From an uncultured archaeon (GTDB taxonomy: Archaea; Nanobdellota; Nanobdellia; Pacearchaeales; GW2011-AR1): a stretch of 64,000 bases of DNA. Both the position numbers and the translations under genes were made by a program. The notes under the pieces were generated by a model that was not told where the DNA came from, did not search any database, and saw only the letters and a program-made list of their open reading frames with translations. The stretch is from assembly GCA_963845205.1 (NCBI GenBank), contig CAWJRC010000004.1, positions 185,724 to 249,723 on the forward strand. The letters run 5' to 3'. Positions 19,219 to 27,343 of this stretch are shown here, piece by piece. Every line of letters starts with the position of its first letter. Positions within the stretch are counted from its first letter, which is position 1.

Positions 19219-20009
19219 TTGAAACATCAAACTTAACAGCAAACAGGATAAGAGAATATCTTCAGGAAGGAAAAAGATTTGATGGAAGAGGATTGGATGA
19301 TTTCAGAGAAATTACAATCGAGACAGGAATTTCAACTAAGGCAGAGGGAAGCGCAAGAGTAAAAATAGGAAAAACAGAAGTAGTAGTCGGAGTTAAGATG
19401 GATGTTTCAGAGCCATATCCTGATTCTAAAGACAAGGGAAATCTTATGGTTACTGCAGAATTTTTGCCAATGAGCTCGCCAAGATTTGAAGCAGGACCCC
19501 CACAGTTTGATTCAATTGAATTAGCAAGAGTAATTGATAGAGGAATAAGAGAAAGCCAATTCATTGATCTTAAGAAATTATGCATAAAAGAAGGAGAAAA
19601 AGCCTGGACTGTTTTTATTGATATTTACACAATGAATGAAGACGGAAATCTTTTAGATGCTGCTGGAATAGGAGCAATTGCCGCACTTAAAACAGCAAAA
19701 ATTCCAAAATACGACGAAGAAACAGGGAAAACAGTTTTCGGAGAGTGGACAGATAAAAATATTCCTCTCTCAAAAGAAGTTCCGATTTCACTTACGGTTC
19801 ATAAAATAGGAAATAGCTTGATTGTTGATCCAACAAGAGAGGAAGAGGATATCAGCGAGACAAGAGTTACAATCTGCAGTTCAGACGGAACAGTTCATTC
19901 AATACAGAAAGGAAACAGCAAAGAATTAGATGTAGAAGAATTCAAAAAGATACTTGATTTGATAGAAAAGACAGAGAGGAAAATGTTTAAAAAAATAGAA
20001 AAAATCTAA
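19215..20009 (+). CDS. rrp42: exosome subunit Rrp42 (RNase PH fold, non-catalytic)
   Basis: RFDGRGLDDFREI start and RNase PH layout. Confidence 0.9.
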   Translation: MIETSNLTANRIREYLQEGKRFDGRGLDDFREITIETGISTKAEGSARVKIGKTEVVVGVKMDVSEPYPDSKDKGNLMVTAEFLPMSSPRFEAGPPQFDSIELARVIDRGIRESQFIDLKKLCIKEGEKAWTVFIDIYTMNEDGNLLDAAGIGAIAALKTAKIPKYDEETGKTVFGEWTDKNIPLSKEVPISLTVHKIGNSLIVDPTREEEDISETRVTICSSDGTVHSIQKGNSKELDVEEFKKILDLIEKTERKMFKKIEKI

Positions 20010-20014
20010 ATAAA

Positions 20015-20386
20015 ATGTTAAAGGGATTTACAAAATACGAAACTGCAAGAATTCTCGGAGCAAGGGCTCTGCAGATTTCAATGAATGCTCCTTTATTAAT
20101 AAAAATAAATAAAGAAGATTTAGAAAAAATAAATTATGATGCGATTAAAATCGCAGAGATAGAACTTAATTCTGAAATTCTTCCAATTTCAATTAAACGA
20201 CCTTTCCCTGAAAAGAAAGAAGAAAAATTGAAAAGAGTCAAAGCAAAGGCAATTTCTGAAAAAGGAGTTCAAAGCAGGGAATCTGAAGAAGAATCTGAAA
20301 TTTCAGAAAGCGGGGAAATAATGGAACTTGCAACTCCCGTAGATGAATCTGATGAAGCGGAAGAAGATGAATCTGAAACTGAATAA
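20015..20386 (+). CDS. rpoK: RNA polymerase subunit K (Rpo6/Rpb6) with about 55-aa acidic C-terminal tail
   Basis: Core FTKYETARILGARALQISMNAPLL...ILPISIKR. The tail is rich in E/S/D (ESEEESEISESGE...DESDEAEEDESETE). Confidence 0.8.
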   Translation: MLKGFTKYETARILGARALQISMNAPLLIKINKEDLEKINYDAIKIAEIELNSEILPISIKRPFPEKKEEKLKRVKAKAISEKGVQSRESEEESEISESGEIMELATPVDESDEAEEDESETE

Positions 20387-20415
20387 TTTTCTGTTATTAT
20401 AAAGTGACAACAAAT

Positions 20416-20433
20416 AGAAACATTTATAAATCT
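20416..20433 (+). promoter_or_regulatory. BRE/TATA promoter AGAAACATTTATAAATCT, identical to the rRNA-operon promoter
   Basis: 18/18 identity with 27096-27113. The TATA lies about 27 nt upstream of the ATG at 20452, implying a leaderless mRNA. Confidence 0.5.
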
Positions 20434-20451
20434 TAAATCTACTAAGAACAG

Positions 20452-20742
20452 ATGGATTACAAATCACATGAAGGAATTTTGAAAGTATTGAGTGCTAGTA
20501 CTCGAAAAGAAATTTCAGGAGTAGTCAGCCCAAGAGTTAACAGACAAAACAAAATAACTTTGACCCAAATTAGAGTTGGAGATTATGAAGGATTATTCTT
20601 TAATTCAATTCCTGAAAACTATGAAAATAAAAATGTTATCTTTGTAGAAACAGAAAGATTAAACAACGGGAAAAAAATAATTGAAGACAGATTGTATTCT
20701 AAAGGGCGTGAACTTTTAACTGCAAAAATAGAATGTGCGTAA
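20452..20742 (+). CDS. small conserved hypothetical protein, paralog of 11670..11972
   Basis: 96-aa ORF sharing blocks with the 100-aa ORF at 11670, as listed for that feature. Confidence 0.55.
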   Translation: MDYKSHEGILKVLSASTRKEISGVVSPRVNRQNKITLTQIRVGDYEGLFFNSIPENYENKNVIFVETERLNNGKKIIEDRLYSKGRELLTAKIECA

Positions 20743-20797
20743 TAAAAAATTTTATCCGATTAAATAACTTTTTATATAACCAAAATCTTTAATTTCT

Positions 20798-21952
20798 ATG
20801 AAAATAAGAGGGGTTTCGGCTAAAATTATTCTTGATTCAAGAAAAGAAAAAACAATTCTTATCTCAATTGACACAAATTTCGGGGAATTTTCTGCGAGTT
20901 CTCCTTCGGGAAAATCAACAGGAAAATATGAAGCAAAACCTTATAACAAAAATATAGAGAATGATATAAAAATAATAAAACAGCTCAGCGAATACTTCTC
21001 TGAAGAAATTATTGAAAAATTTGATGATCTAAGAAGAGTTGAGGACGTAGTTGATAGACAGGTTGGAGCGAATACATTATTTGCGCTTGAATCAGCAATA
21101 TTGAAAGCATTAGCAAAGGAAAACAAAAAAGAAATTTGGGAACTGATTAATCCTCTCGCAAAAAAATTTCCAAGACTAGCAGGAAATTGCATCGGCGGGG
21201 GAATGCATTCTGATTCAGAAAAAAAACCTGATTTTCAGGAATTTTTATTGATCCCAAATGAGAAAAGTGTTGAATCTTCTTTTGAAACAAATAAAAAAAC
21301 AAAAATAGAACTTAAAGATCTTCTTTTATTCAAAGACAATAAGTTCAAGGGCGGCAGAAATGACGAGGACGCCTGGAGGACTTCGCTGAATGAAAAAGAT
21401 ATTTTGGATATTTTGAAAAAGATAAGAATTCCAATAGGGGTTGATATTGCTTCATCCACCTTTTACAAAAGAAAATATTACAATTACAACAACCCAAAAT
21501 TAAAGAGGGACGATAAAGAACAATTAGGGTACATCAGCAATTTAATAAAAAATTTCGGTATTTATTATATTGAAGACCCGTTTAATGAAGATGATTTTGA
21601 AAATTTTGCCAAGCTCTTAAAAAAATTCCCTGACAGGCTAATAGTGGGGGATGATTTAACTACCACAAATCCCGAACGCTTAAAGAAAGCAATAAAAATG
21701 AGCAGTATAAATACGATAATTGTCAAACCGAACCAGATTGGCTCGCTTAGCAAAGTCAAAGAGGTCATTGAAATCGCAAAAAAGAACAATATTAAAATTG
21801 TTTTCTCACATAGAAGCGGAGAGACTAATGAAACGATTATAGCGGATTTGGCCTTTGGATTTCAGGCAGATTTTTTCAAATGTGGAATAACTGGAAAAGA
21901 AAGAGAAGCTAAAATAAAAAGACTTATTGAGATTGAAAAAAGTTTGAAATGA
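20798..21952 (+). CDS. eno: enolase (short form)
   Basis: ILDSR..., SGKSTGKYEA, GDDLTTTN, KPNQIGSL and SHRSGET motifs. It is 384 aa and sits in the conserved rpoK-eno-rps2 neighbourhood. Confidence 0.8.
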   Translation: MKIRGVSAKIILDSRKEKTILISIDTNFGEFSASSPSGKSTGKYEAKPYNKNIENDIKIIKQLSEYFSEEIIEKFDDLRRVEDVVDRQVGANTLFALESAILKALAKENKKEIWELINPLAKKFPRLAGNCIGGGMHSDSEKKPDFQEFLLIPNEKSVESSFETNKKTKIELKDLLLFKDNKFKGGRNDEDAWRTSLNEKDILDILKKIRIPIGVDIASSTFYKRKYYNYNNPKLKRDDKEQLGYISNLIKNFGIYYIEDPFNEDDFENFAKLLKKFPDRLIVGDDLTTTNPERLKKAIKMSSINTIIVKPNQIGSLSKVKEVIEIAKKNNIKIVFSHRSGETNETIIADLAFGFQADFFKCGITGKEREAKIKRLIEIEKSLK

Positions 21953-21991
21953 TTATATAAATTTTTATAAATAACCTAACCATATGTTATT

Positions 21992-22282
21992 ATGGACAAA
22001 AAAGATTTAGAAGGCAGGTTAAAAGAATTTAAGGAAGGTAATTTTTTAAAACATCTTCGAATTCCTTCCGATAAAGATCTTAAAAGGATCAGGAAAAGAG
22101 TAGATTATTGTATAATACACGGACATAAATTAGATAAAAATGAATATACCCATTCTACGAATGGGATTGGACCAAAGGTTCATGGATTTTGCAGGAGATG
22201 CTATCTTCCTTATGAAAGATCTCTTACCTCAGAAGAGTTAAAGAGCTATATACAAAAGATTCAAGCCCCATTTACTATTTAA
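21992..22282 (+). CDS. hypothetical protein with Cys/His cluster
   Basis: 96-aa ORF with a possible metal site in YCIIHGH...HGFCRRC. Confidence 0.4.
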   Translation: MDKKDLEGRLKEFKEGNFLKHLRIPSDKDLKRIRKRVDYCIIHGHKLDKNEYTHSTNGIGPKVHGFCRRCYLPYERSLTSEELKSYIQKIQAPFTI

Positions 22283-22329
22283 TTTCTCTAAGCCAAAGTT
22301 TTAAAAACTATTTTTTCTCTCAATTAATT

Positions 22330-23208
22330 ATGCCTAGAAAAAAGAAATCAGAAAGTGAAAATGTTGAAGAAAAACTTCTGAACGAAGAAGCAGAAGAAGA
22401 ACCTAAAGGAAAAGAACTTGAAAAAGAAGCGGAAGCCGAATCAAACTCAAAAGAACTTGAAGCAAAAAAGAAAAAGCTACTTGAAAAGGCAAAGAAACTT
22501 GCCGAGAAAATTTCTGCAGAAGAAGTCAGCTCAGAAGAACTTAAAGAAAAGGTAAAAATCAAGAAAAGAACAGATATGCTTATTCCATTGGAGGAATATG
22601 TAAAAGCTGGAATTTACCTTGGAACAAGAGTAGTAACTCCAACTATGAGGCCATTTGTTTACAGAAGAAGAGCTGACGGACTTGCTATTTTTAATACAGA
22701 TATAATTGATGAAAAATTAAAAGAAGCGATAGAATATCTTTCTCAATTCAGTCCAAAAGAAGTTATTCTTGTATGCAAAAGACAGGCTGGCTGGAGAACA
22801 GCAGAAATGTTTTCAAAACTTACAGGCATAAGAGTTTTCGCAAAGAAATATCCTGCAGGAATTCTTACAAATACGACTCTGTCTGATTTCTTTGAAAATG
22901 AGTTAACAATTGTATGCGATGCATGGCTCGACAAAAATGCTTTAAATGATACATTAAATGTAAGGAAAAAAGTTCTAATGATCTGCGACACAAATAATTT
23001 TTCAAAGGGTGCTGACAAGATAATCATAGGTAATAACAAAAGTCCGAAGAGTTTAGGATTAATTTTTTATCTCCTTGCAAGAGGATACTGCAAGGCAAGA
23101 GAAATTGAAGCAGACATTCCTGACTTAGACTGGTGGACAAGCGAAGAAGAAGAGAAAGCTGAAGTTGAAGTTAAGACCAAAAAGACAGACGCCGAGTTCG
23201 GTGTATAA
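22330..23208 (+). CDS. rps2: ribosomal protein uS2 with about 85-aa KE-rich N-terminal extension
   Basis: Core LIPLEEYVKAGIYLGTRV...ADGLAIFN...ICDTN. The N-terminus is low-complexity E/K/A and the C-terminus is acidic. Confidence 0.85.
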   Translation: MPRKKKSESENVEEKLLNEEAEEEPKGKELEKEAEAESNSKELEAKKKKLLEKAKKLAEKISAEEVSSEELKEKVKIKKRTDMLIPLEEYVKAGIYLGTRVVTPTMRPFVYRRRADGLAIFNTDIIDEKLKEAIEYLSQFSPKEVILVCKRQAGWRTAEMFSKLTGIRVFAKKYPAGILTNTTLSDFFENELTIVCDAWLDKNALNDTLNVRKKVLMICDTNNFSKGADKIIIGNNKSPKSLGLIFYLLARGYCKAREIEADIPDLDWWTSEEEEKAEVEVKTKKTDAEFGV

Positions 23209-23273
23209 TAAGAATTCTTATAGCATAGATTAACAAACAAATATTTATAAACAAAATTTTAGTCTCAAAGTCG

Positions 23274-23537
23274 ATGATAAGTGTAGAGACAAAACTTGAT
23301 GAATCGAAATTGAAAAGAATTTGCAAGCATGCCAAATTGGAGACTATAAGAAAAGAACAGGCTATATTCTGCTGTGTAGATTGCGGAATACCAATTCCCA
23401 ATAATCTTTCTCTGACGTATATAAAAGAAAAACGAACCTGTATTGCCACAAATCTTGATAATTATAGGTCTCTTGGAATTGGGATAAACATTGAAGAGAT
23501 GAAAAAATGTTGTGGTAATCCTTACAAAGAGAAATAA
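23274..23537 (+). CDS. Cys-rich mini-protein (tandem paralog 1)
   Basis: 87 aa. Cys spacing and the CG.P.P / C.NPY blocks are shared with 23604..23849, and the two upstream regions are similar (AGCATAG...AAATATTTATA). Confidence 0.45.
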   Translation: MISVETKLDESKLKRICKHAKLETIRKEQAIFCCVDCGIPIPNNLSLTYIKEKRTCIATNLDNYRSLGIGINIEEMKKCCGNPYKEK

Positions 23538-23603
23538 TTTTGTGTAAGCATAGTTATATTTTACAAAATAAATATTTATAGGGAAGTAAATCCTTAATAA
23601 AAG

Positions 23604-23849
23604 ATGAATATAGAAGGAATAAGCAAGCTATGTTCCAATATGGAATTAAGAAATTTGAAAAAAATAGGCGATGTTATCCTGTGCGGGAAAAAAGAATATG
23701 GTTGCCCTCTTCCGTTCAAGATTCCTGAGATAGAATATAGAAAAATATGCATTGTTATGAGTCTTTACAGAACAAACGAAGGGAGTGTAAGAATTATAGA
23801 TATAGATGAAAAGAAGACAAATAATTGCCCTTATATAAATAAGGAATAA
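23604..23849 (+). CDS. Cys-rich mini-protein (tandem paralog 2)
   Basis: 81 aa. See paralog 1. Confidence 0.45.
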   Translation: MNIEGISKLCSNMELRNLKKIGDVILCGKKEYGCPLPFKIPEIEYRKICIVMSLYRTNEGSVRIIDIDEKKTNNCPYINKE

Positions 23850-24071
23850 TTATTTTTTCTGTGGCCTTTCAACTTTTGCACCGCATTCATCACAAAATTT
23901 CTGGGAATCATCCATTATTTTTCCGCAGCCTTTGCACTTAAGTATAACCTGCTTTGATTCTATTACTGGCTTGTATCCAGGTCTCCCAGACAATAATTTT
24001 CCCAATGCATTTGAAAAAGAAGCCTCTTGCTGAATTTCATTCATCCTCTTTTGCAAATTATTTGCATCCAT
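23850..24071 (-). CDS. zinc-ribbon protein
   Basis: C-terminal CKGCGK...CDECGAK double CxxC. Confidence 0.55.
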   Translation of the reverse strand: MDANNLQKRMNEIQQEASFSNALGKLLSGRPGYKPVIESKQVILKCKGCGKIMDDSQKFCDECGAKVERPQKK

Positions 24072-24154
24072 CTTTTTTTACCTCTTATATAAATAAAAAA
24101 AATTTGTTTTTAAATTTTGTTATCTATTAAAAAATGAAGAAAAAAAGATAATAA

Positions 24155-24178
24155 TATTCTAAAATATATTTTAGAATA
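24155..24178. promoter_or_regulatory. perfect 24-bp palindrome TATTCTAAAATATATTTTAGAATA centred on a TATA-like core
   Basis: It equals its own reverse complement and ends 38 nt upstream of the ATG at 24216. Confidence 0.6.
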
Positions 24179-24215
24179 GATATTTGCTTAAAAAGAAAAG
24201 AGAAATCCTTTCTTT

Positions 24216-25628
24216 ATGGTGGGAGAAAGGGAGGAAAAAGAGAATTCTAAGTTCCCAAAAAGATATGCAATAAGCTGTGCTCAAGCCATGGGTGATGAAC
24301 ATCCAAAAGGCTATCCCAATACCAATCTTATTGAGAGTTTAGAAAAATATTGTAAAGTAAATAATTCAAAACTCTATATTATTCCGACAACAGGAAAAAG
24401 TGCTAAAGAAACAAATTTACATCCGCTTTTAGAAAGAAGGGACGATATATTATGTGATAAAAGAGGAAGAATGAAAAATGAAAAATTAAATGATAATTTT
24501 CAAATATCAGATATGTTTGTACCACCCCAAAACGTTGACCCTGCAAGCGGAAGAGGAAGATTTGTACAAAGAGATAAAACTTTAATAATTACACATCCGA
24601 AACAGAGATTCAAAGCTTTTCCAAATAGTAATTTTGATTTACCAAAAATTTTAATTGGAACCGGCGCAGTTACTCATCCAAATTATAATGAGATGAATCA
24701 TCGAGGAGATGCTGCAAAAAGAGATCATACCTATGGATTTGTCGTGGCTGAAATTGTTAATGATAAAATTTTTCATTTTAGACAAGTAAGAGCTCTGCAA
24801 AACGGAAAATTTATTGATTTAGGGTGGGAATTCAACGGAAAAGAAAAACCTAGGAAGGCTAAACTCGAAGCTCTCGTTTTGGGAGATTTGCATTGGGGGG
24901 ATACAGATCCAATAGTGCAAAAAGCAAATTATGAAATGATTGACGAATTTAATCCTGAAAGACTTTTCATTCATGACTTATTTAACGGGCATAGCGTGAA
25001 TCATCATAATATCGGAAAACTCGTTACATTAGTAACAGAAGTTTTTCAACGTGGAAGAAATGATCTGAAAGAGGAATTAGAAAAATGTTATTTAGAACTT
25101 TGCTCTTTGTCTAAGGCTATGGGAAGAAAAAATGTATTTGTTGTTGCAAGTAACCACAATGAATTTCTTAACAGATATCTCGAAGAGGTAAGATTAAAAG
25201 ATGATCCCGGAAATGCGTATATCGCTGCGAAATTGATGGGGGATATGATGGACAAAGAAGATCCTGTTGAATCAGGCATCAGGAGAATAGGAAAAATTCC
25301 CAATAACGTAATCTTTTTAAAAAGAGATGAAGACTACAAAGTTTTGGGCTGGCAATTGGGAAGTCATGGAGACAAAGGAATGAACGGAAGCAAGAAAGCA
25401 AGCATGATGTCGAGAGAATTTTCGCACGGAAAAAGTATTACAGGACATGCACATACACCAGAAATTTTAAGAAATACATACGTCGTCGGGACAAGCACTT
25501 ACCTGAATCTCCCCTATACAAGGGGGCAAGCATCCTCTTGGATGAATACAAATGGATTTTTATGGGAAAATGGGACAGCGCAACTTGTTAATATAATCTA
25601 TGGTAACTGGAGATTAAAGGATGAATAA
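24216..25628 (+). CDS. calcineurin-like metallophosphoesterase with about 210-aa uncharacterised N-terminal domain
   Basis: Ordered phosphoesterase motifs LGDLHWGD, HDLFNGH, ASNHNEF, GSHGDKG and TGHAHTPE. Confidence 0.65.
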   Translation: MVGEREEKENSKFPKRYAISCAQAMGDEHPKGYPNTNLIESLEKYCKVNNSKLYIIPTTGKSAKETNLHPLLERRDDILCDKRGRMKNEKLNDNFQISDMFVPPQNVDPASGRGRFVQRDKTLIITHPKQRFKAFPNSNFDLPKILIGTGAVTHPNYNEMNHRGDAAKRDHTYGFVVAEIVNDKIFHFRQVRALQNGKFIDLGWEFNGKEKPRKAKLEALVLGDLHWGDTDPIVQKANYEMIDEFNPERLFIHDLFNGHSVNHHNIGKLVTLVTEVFQRGRNDLKEELEKCYLELCSLSKAMGRKNVFVVASNHNEFLNRYLEEVRLKDDPGNAYIAAKLMGDMMDKEDPVESGIRRIGKIPNNVIFLKRDEDYKVLGWQLGSHGDKGMNGSKKASMMSREFSHGKSITGHAHTPEILRNTYVVGTSTYLNLPYTRGQASSWMNTNGFLWENGTAQLVNIIYGNWRLKDE

Positions 25629-26067
25629 AGAATTAGAAAAAAGAATCGAAGAAGTTAATCTTTTGATAAAAGATAACAGCATTTATTTTGCACATCCAGT
25701 TAATTTCTATAATACTCATTTAGAAAAATGTTTAATCGAAAGAATAAATTTATGTTTTCCGCAATATAATTTAGAAAATCCAAATCAAAAACACCATCAG
25801 GAAAATTATAAATTCTGGAAAGAAAAAACAGAAAGCGGAATGAAATATTATTTTGATATTGTTTTGCCGAAGATGAAAGCGGGAATAGGATTGCCTTTTG
25901 AGGATAATATGTATGGAGCAGGAGTTTTTGGTGAATTAGAATTTATTTCTAACAGAGGAAATCCCATTTTGGAAATTAATCATGAAGGATTAATTAAAAG
26001 GATAAAAAGATTAGATCCTACAAGAAAGCTATCTGTTGAAGAAACGAGAAAAAGAGTTTACGGATAA
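25621..26067 (+). CDS. nucleoside 2-deoxyribosyltransferase-like (DUF1937/DUF4406-like) protein, tentative
   Basis: IYFAHP near the N-terminus and GAGVFGELEF...GNPI near the C-terminus resemble the NDT-like fold signature. The start overlaps the upstream gene by 8 nt. Confidence 0.4.
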   Translation: MNKELEKRIEEVNLLIKDNSIYFAHPVNFYNTHLEKCLIERINLCFPQYNLENPNQKHHQENYKFWKEKTESGMKYYFDIVLPKMKAGIGLPFEDNMYGAGVFGELEFISNRGNPILEINHEGLIKRIKRLDPTRKLSVEETRKRVYG

Positions 26068-26259
26068 TTATAATTTCTTCTCCAATTTTCCTTTTTCTTG
26101 ATTATTAAATTCTCTTATTTCCTGAAAAATATAGTTCAATGTTTTAACCAGATATTTTCCTGAAACGACTGTTTTAATTTCAAGGCCAGGACGAACTAAC
26201 GGAGAGGATATTGTAATTGTATAAGTTTCATTCCCCGGAAGAAGTTTATCATCGCCCAT
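26068..26259 (-). CDS. hypothetical protein
   Basis: 63-aa ORF, no recognised motif. Confidence 0.3.
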   Translation of the reverse strand: MGDDKLLPGNETYTITISSPLVRPGLEIKTVVSGKYLVKTLNYIFQEIREFNNQEKGKLEKKL

Positions 26260-26299
26260 AATTATTAAAATTTTTTATGTTATAAAAAGATTGTGGGAA

Positions 26300-26749
26300 T
26301 CAAATTTTAAAGAATAACCAGCCGTTTTTATTTCCGTAATCTGTTTTTATCAATGCATATTTTCCTTCCAGTTTTTTTCCGTGAAATTCTACAATTATCT
26401 TCTTCGGATTTTTTTCGAGCAAATCATATTTTCCCTTATCCCAAATAATCACTTTTCCTGCTCCATAATTTCCTTCTGGAATTGTTCCATGAAATTTTGC
26501 ATATTCTAACGGGTGATCTTCAACGTGCACTGCAAGGCGTTTTATTCCTTTCGACACGGGAGGAATTTTTGGAACAGCCCATGATTTCAAAACTCCATCC
26601 ATCTCAAGACGCAGATCCCAATGCAAATGAGAAGCATGATGTTCATGAATTACAAATTTTCTCGATGGAGATTTTAAAATTTTTTCTTTTCCTTCCGGCT
26701 CAGGAGTTTTATTGAACTTTCTCTTTTTTTTATATTGGATTAAAGACAT
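26300..26749 (-). CDS. stand-alone LigD-type 3'-phosphoesterase (PE) domain protein
   Basis: KRKFNKTPEP...FVIHEHHASHLHWDLRLE...LKSWAVPK...GTIPEGNYGAGKVIIWDKG matches the LigD PE domain signature. Confidence 0.8.
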   Translation of the reverse strand: MSLIQYKKKRKFNKTPEPEGKEKILKSPSRKFVIHEHHASHLHWDLRLEMDGVLKSWAVPKIPPVSKGIKRLAVHVEDHPLEYAKFHGTIPEGNYGAGKVIIWDKGKYDLLEKNPKKIIVEFHGKKLEGKYALIKTDYGNKNGWLFFKI

Positions 26750-26827
26750 AAAAGAATAATGAAAATGAAATATAAATATATTTTGAATAACAGAAATTAT
26801 TTTAAAGAAATATTTGCTTAATAAATT

Positions 26828-27073
26828 ATGACAAAAGAAATTTCAAAATTAATTTCATTCGATATGAATGATGGAAGAATTTTTGCGGGATTCTGCGACG
26901 CTGTTAATCAAAATAAAAGAGAAATTATTTTAAGAGATGCTTGTGAAATCCAACCGAAATTAGTTGAAAAAGATTACAAGAACAGAATAAAAGAGTTGTA
27001 TAATTCTTACAAGGTCAAAAGAGAAATTATAGTCAAAGTAGATAATATAGAAAAGCCTCATATAATCTATTAG
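26828..27073 (+). CDS. hypothetical protein, possibly Sm-like fold
   Basis: ISFDMNDGRIFAGFCDAVNQNKREIILRDACEI loosely resembles an Sm1 motif, and REIIVKVDNI an Sm2 motif. Confidence 0.35.
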   Translation: MTKEISKLISFDMNDGRIFAGFCDAVNQNKREIILRDACEIQPKLVEKDYKNRIKELYNSYKVKREIIVKVDNIEKPHIIY

Positions 27074-27095
27074 TCCCGTCGGTAAAAAATTTACC

Positions 27096-27113
27096 AGAAA
27101 CATTTATAAATCT
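27096..27113 (+). promoter_or_regulatory. candidate rRNA operon promoter (BRE/TATA AGAAACATTTATAAATCT)
   Basis: Consensus TTTATAAA box about 230 nt upstream of the 16S 5' end. Confidence 0.5.
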
Positions 27114-27343
27114 CTTTTTTCTTGAAAACTTTGTAATTAGAATGAGTGCTTTAAGATATACAAATTGTAACATTAAAGTATGATGTATGTAGAAGTAGTC
27201 ATTTTAGTTGTAATTCTAATATTGATAGTCAAAGCCAATAGTAAGGATTAGGAATTTTGTGTGAAGTATTTTCTTTCTTACATAAGAAAATGCGTAATAG
27301 ATTTTTTGTTGATTTATCGACGGAAAATATGATATTATTTAAA

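Noticed and set aside
22320-22562. 80-aa minus-strand ORF rich in S/F/A
   Set aside because: It is antisense to the K/E-rich low-complexity N-terminal extension of uS2, so it is a mirror-image artefact of repetitive GAA/AAG coding.
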